Below are positions 61,503-64,000 of a stretch of 64,000 bases of DNA, in pieces. Both the position numbers and the translations under genes were made by a program. The notes beneath the pieces are model-generated. The model saw only the letters and a program-made list of their open reading frames with translations. It was not told the DNA's origin and ran no database searches. How positions within the stretch are numbered: the first letter of the stretch is position 1; every line of letters starts with the position of its first letter. This stretch comes from Promethearchaeota archaeon (GTDB taxonomy: Archaea; Asgardarchaeota; Lokiarchaeia; Sigyniarchaeales; SOKP01), in the NCBI GenBank assembly GCA_016840085.1, contig JAEOTA010000004.1, positions 192,001 through 256,000 of the forward strand, read 5' to 3'.

Positions 61503-62384
61503 TCACCTAAGTTCTTTCTTTCCAAATAATCCTTGAGGTCTAATTACCAACATGATAATAATAACTATAATGGGGATTAAATGAGCCCAAGAAGGGCCAT
61601 TAGGAATGTAAATACTTGTGAAGCTAGTTACAAATCCTACTATATAGGCTCCAATAACGCTTCCAACTAGACTTCCCATCCCTCCTAAAATCACTACTGC
61701 AAATGAATTTGTTAAAAATTCCCAACCCATTGTAGGGCCATTAATAGCAGCCGCAGGTATATATAAAACTGCAGCTATACTTGCAAGGAATGCGGAGATT
61801 ATAACAGTATAAAGTAGAATTCTATTGGCATTAATACCCATAAGTGTTGCAGCTTCTCTATCTTGGGAAACTGCTCTAATTGATTTACCTATTTTTGACT
61901 TATTAATGAATAGAGCAAATAATGATACAATAATTAATGACATGATAATGACGAATAGGAATTGATTAATCATTGAGTATCCAAATATTTCTGAAGTTCC
62001 AGAAATTAGAATATAATCATTAACTGCATAAGATTCAGTACCTGAAATTATCAAAGCCAACTGCTCAAGGAAGAAGGCTAATCCAAAAGTGATTAAAACA
62101 ACACCAACATGAGTATCTTGTAAGGGTTTGATTAATATTAAATAAGTAAGACCTCCAAGTATAGTGACAATAATTAAAGCAATAATTACATTAAATAATA
62201 AATAATCAGGCCAAAAATCAAGAAACCATAAAAGCAAATATCCAGTTAACATGAAATAAGCCCCATGAGACAAATTCATAATTTTTCCTACCCCATACAC
62301 TAAGGAATAACCAAGAGCTATCAACGAAAAAACAGCTCCATTTAAAGTGCCATTGAATAAAAAATTAAGAATATCTCCATTCAT
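61503..62384 (-). CDS. livH: ABC permease
   Basis: ALGYSLVYG, N..HG, IRAVSQD, VILGG.GS, RPQGLFG. Confidence 0.92.
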   Translation of the reverse strand: MNGDILNFLFNGTLNGAVFSLIALGYSLVYGVGKIMNLSHGAYFMLTGYLLLWFLDFWPDYLLFNVIIALIIVTILGGLTYLILIKPLQDTHVGVVLITFGLAFFLEQLALIISGTESYAVNDYILISGTSEIFGYSMINQFLFVIIMSLIIVSLFALFINKSKIGKSIRAVSQDREAATLMGINANRILLYTVIISAFLASIAAVLYIPAAAINGPTMGWEFLTNSFAVVILGGMGSLVGSVIGAYIVGFVTSFTSIYIPNGPSWAHLIPIIVIIIMLVIRPQGLFGKKELR

Positions 62385-62569
62385 AAATATCTTCTCATTC
62401 TAAATCATTTAATATTATTATTAATATTTTATCTCATATCTTATAAAGCTGATCTTTTTACATTTTTATAAAAAGAAAATACGAGTATAAATTGAGCTTA
62501 TCTTCATTTTTATCTTTTATATAATAAAAAAAAAAAAAAAATTATAAATTGAATTTATTAAACTGCCTT

Positions 62570-63961
62570 TTAAGACCATGCCTCATCGACCCATGGTGCA
62601 ACAAGATAATCAGCTGTGTGCAACCAAGGCGCGTATGGTGTATAAATAGCAGCTGGAACTACCTTCTTAGATCCATCAGGTTGCCATTGACACCATAATG
62701 TAAATCCATAAGGATAACCCGCGACAAGATCGTGAGAATTTGGCCACCATGCTGATTCTCCAGACACACCAATAGGACGTTCAGTATTATCTGTTGTCCA
62801 AGTCTCCATCTCAGCAATAATATCATCTGTGTCTAATGAATCAATTGCTTCAATAGCATTAGCAAGCGCATTTACAGCATCATAAGCCCCACATGCAATA
62901 TAAAGCGGTTCATGTTTAAATTGTGCGATAAACGCATCCCAAAATGCAATAGATTTCTCAGTTTTATTAGTTTTATGTAATGTTTGCATGATTGTCTCAT
63001 AAGCGCATGATTCTCCACTAGACTTCCAAAAAGTATCTAATTGGGACTGAACGTCAATACCAAAGATAAGGTAATCATATTCGTTAGCAGCATATTGTTG
63101 CATCATCAAAACTCCACCTTGAGCGGAAATGACTGGAATTAAAATATCACATCCATCCTCTTGAAATGAAGCTAAATGGGTATTCATGTCCGCAGCACTA
63201 AGAGTAATATCATATCTGATTGGGTCTAGAACTTTTGCTTTCATACCTGTAAAAACAGGTAAGTAATCTGCACAAGCAGCCACTAAAGTATCTACCCAGG
63301 TTAAATCTTCTGCTAGAATGCCAAATGTACTGATATCTTCATTAGGATAGGTAGCATTCATTGTTAAGATAAAACCTGCTAATGTTTGCAATATTTGCAT
63401 CCCTAGTGAACTTGAATTAATAGGCATAAATCTCCAGAAATATTTGTATGTATCATAATCGGTCATAACATTTGTACAGAAAATATCAGTAGCAGCACCA
63501 GTATCAATAAAGATAATTTCTTCATCCATGAACTCTTCCACATATGCTAATAATGCTTCCGATCTGAAACCACCTACTGCGAAATCAACTTCTTTATCGA
63601 ATATAAGTCTTCTTGCAGCATCAACTCCCCTAGAGGTTACAAGATTAGGATTAGATTCGTCTGTATCTTCTTTGGTAACACCAATGTAGTATTTTACTCC
63701 TCCAACATCAACACCACCAGCTTCATTTATGTGTTTTGCAGCAAACCATGCTCCTTCGTAATTAGCATCACCTTGAATTTCTCCTGTATCACCAGCACAT
63801 CCTATTATAATTGTATTTTCTTTATCAAAACCGCTTGGAGCTCCAGGGTATTTGAATGGTGCTTCAGGGACTGCAAGGAAATACCAAGCTCCCAAGCCGA
63901 TACCAACACCAATAACGGCGATAAGTACAATAGCTATAATTCTTTTTGTTAATTTTTCCAT
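62570..63961 (-). CDS. ABC substrate-binding protein (LivK-like), N-terminal membrane anchor
   Basis: TM anchor, IN.AGG, GGFRSE, AYDA; first gene of the liv operon. Confidence 0.85.
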   Translation of the reverse strand: MEKLTKRIIAIVLIAVIGVGIGLGAWYFLAVPEAPFKYPGAPSGFDKENTIIIGCAGDTGEIQGDANYEGAWFAAKHINEAGGVDVGGVKYYIGVTKEDTDESNPNLVTSRGVDAARRLIFDKEVDFAVGGFRSEALLAYVEEFMDEEIIFIDTGAATDIFCTNVMTDYDTYKYFWRFMPINSSSLGMQILQTLAGFILTMNATYPNEDISTFGILAEDLTWVDTLVAACADYLPVFTGMKAKVLDPIRYDITLSAADMNTHLASFQEDGCDILIPVISAQGGVLMMQQYAANEYDYLIFGIDVQSQLDTFWKSSGESCAYETIMQTLHKTNKTEKSIAFWDAFIAQFKHEPLYIACGAYDAVNALANAIEAIDSLDTDDIIAEMETWTTDNTERPIGVSGESAWWPNSHDLVAGYPYGFTLWCQWQPDGSKKVVPAAIYTPYAPWLHTADYLVAPWVDEAWS

Positions 63962-64000
63962 TTTTTAGATCACTTTTTTATTTTTTTTTTAGTTTTTAGG

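Overview
AT-rich archaeal chromosomal window, most consistent with an Asgard archaeon (Lokiarchaeia-like). It encodes TFB, proteasome alpha, three RFC subunits and PolB2, plus eukaryote-signature proteins (profilin, Rab-like GTPase, longin domain). The left ~16 kb is a redox/lipid-type cluster (FixCX-like, two FAD-linked oxidoreductases, a CCG Fe-S protein, SCP2-like, CrtC/AttH-like) disrupted by mobile DNA. That DNA comprises two inverted tnpB-only elements with a rearranged RuvC site, and a 2.8-kb islet bounded by perfect 21-bp direct repeats that carries a broken tyrosine recombinase. Other highlights: a 2007-aa protein of ~15-17 helical modules with a recent 369-bp tandem expansion; a split RadA-like/PolB2 module whose two halves share an upstream motif; a dispersed TTTYTGTCGGAC intergenic motif; an Rfc5-like degenerate third RFC subunit; and several pseudogenes and unannotated small ORFs. 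No rRNA, tRNA or convincing CRISPR array was seen. All family calls come from motif recognition by eye, not database searches.
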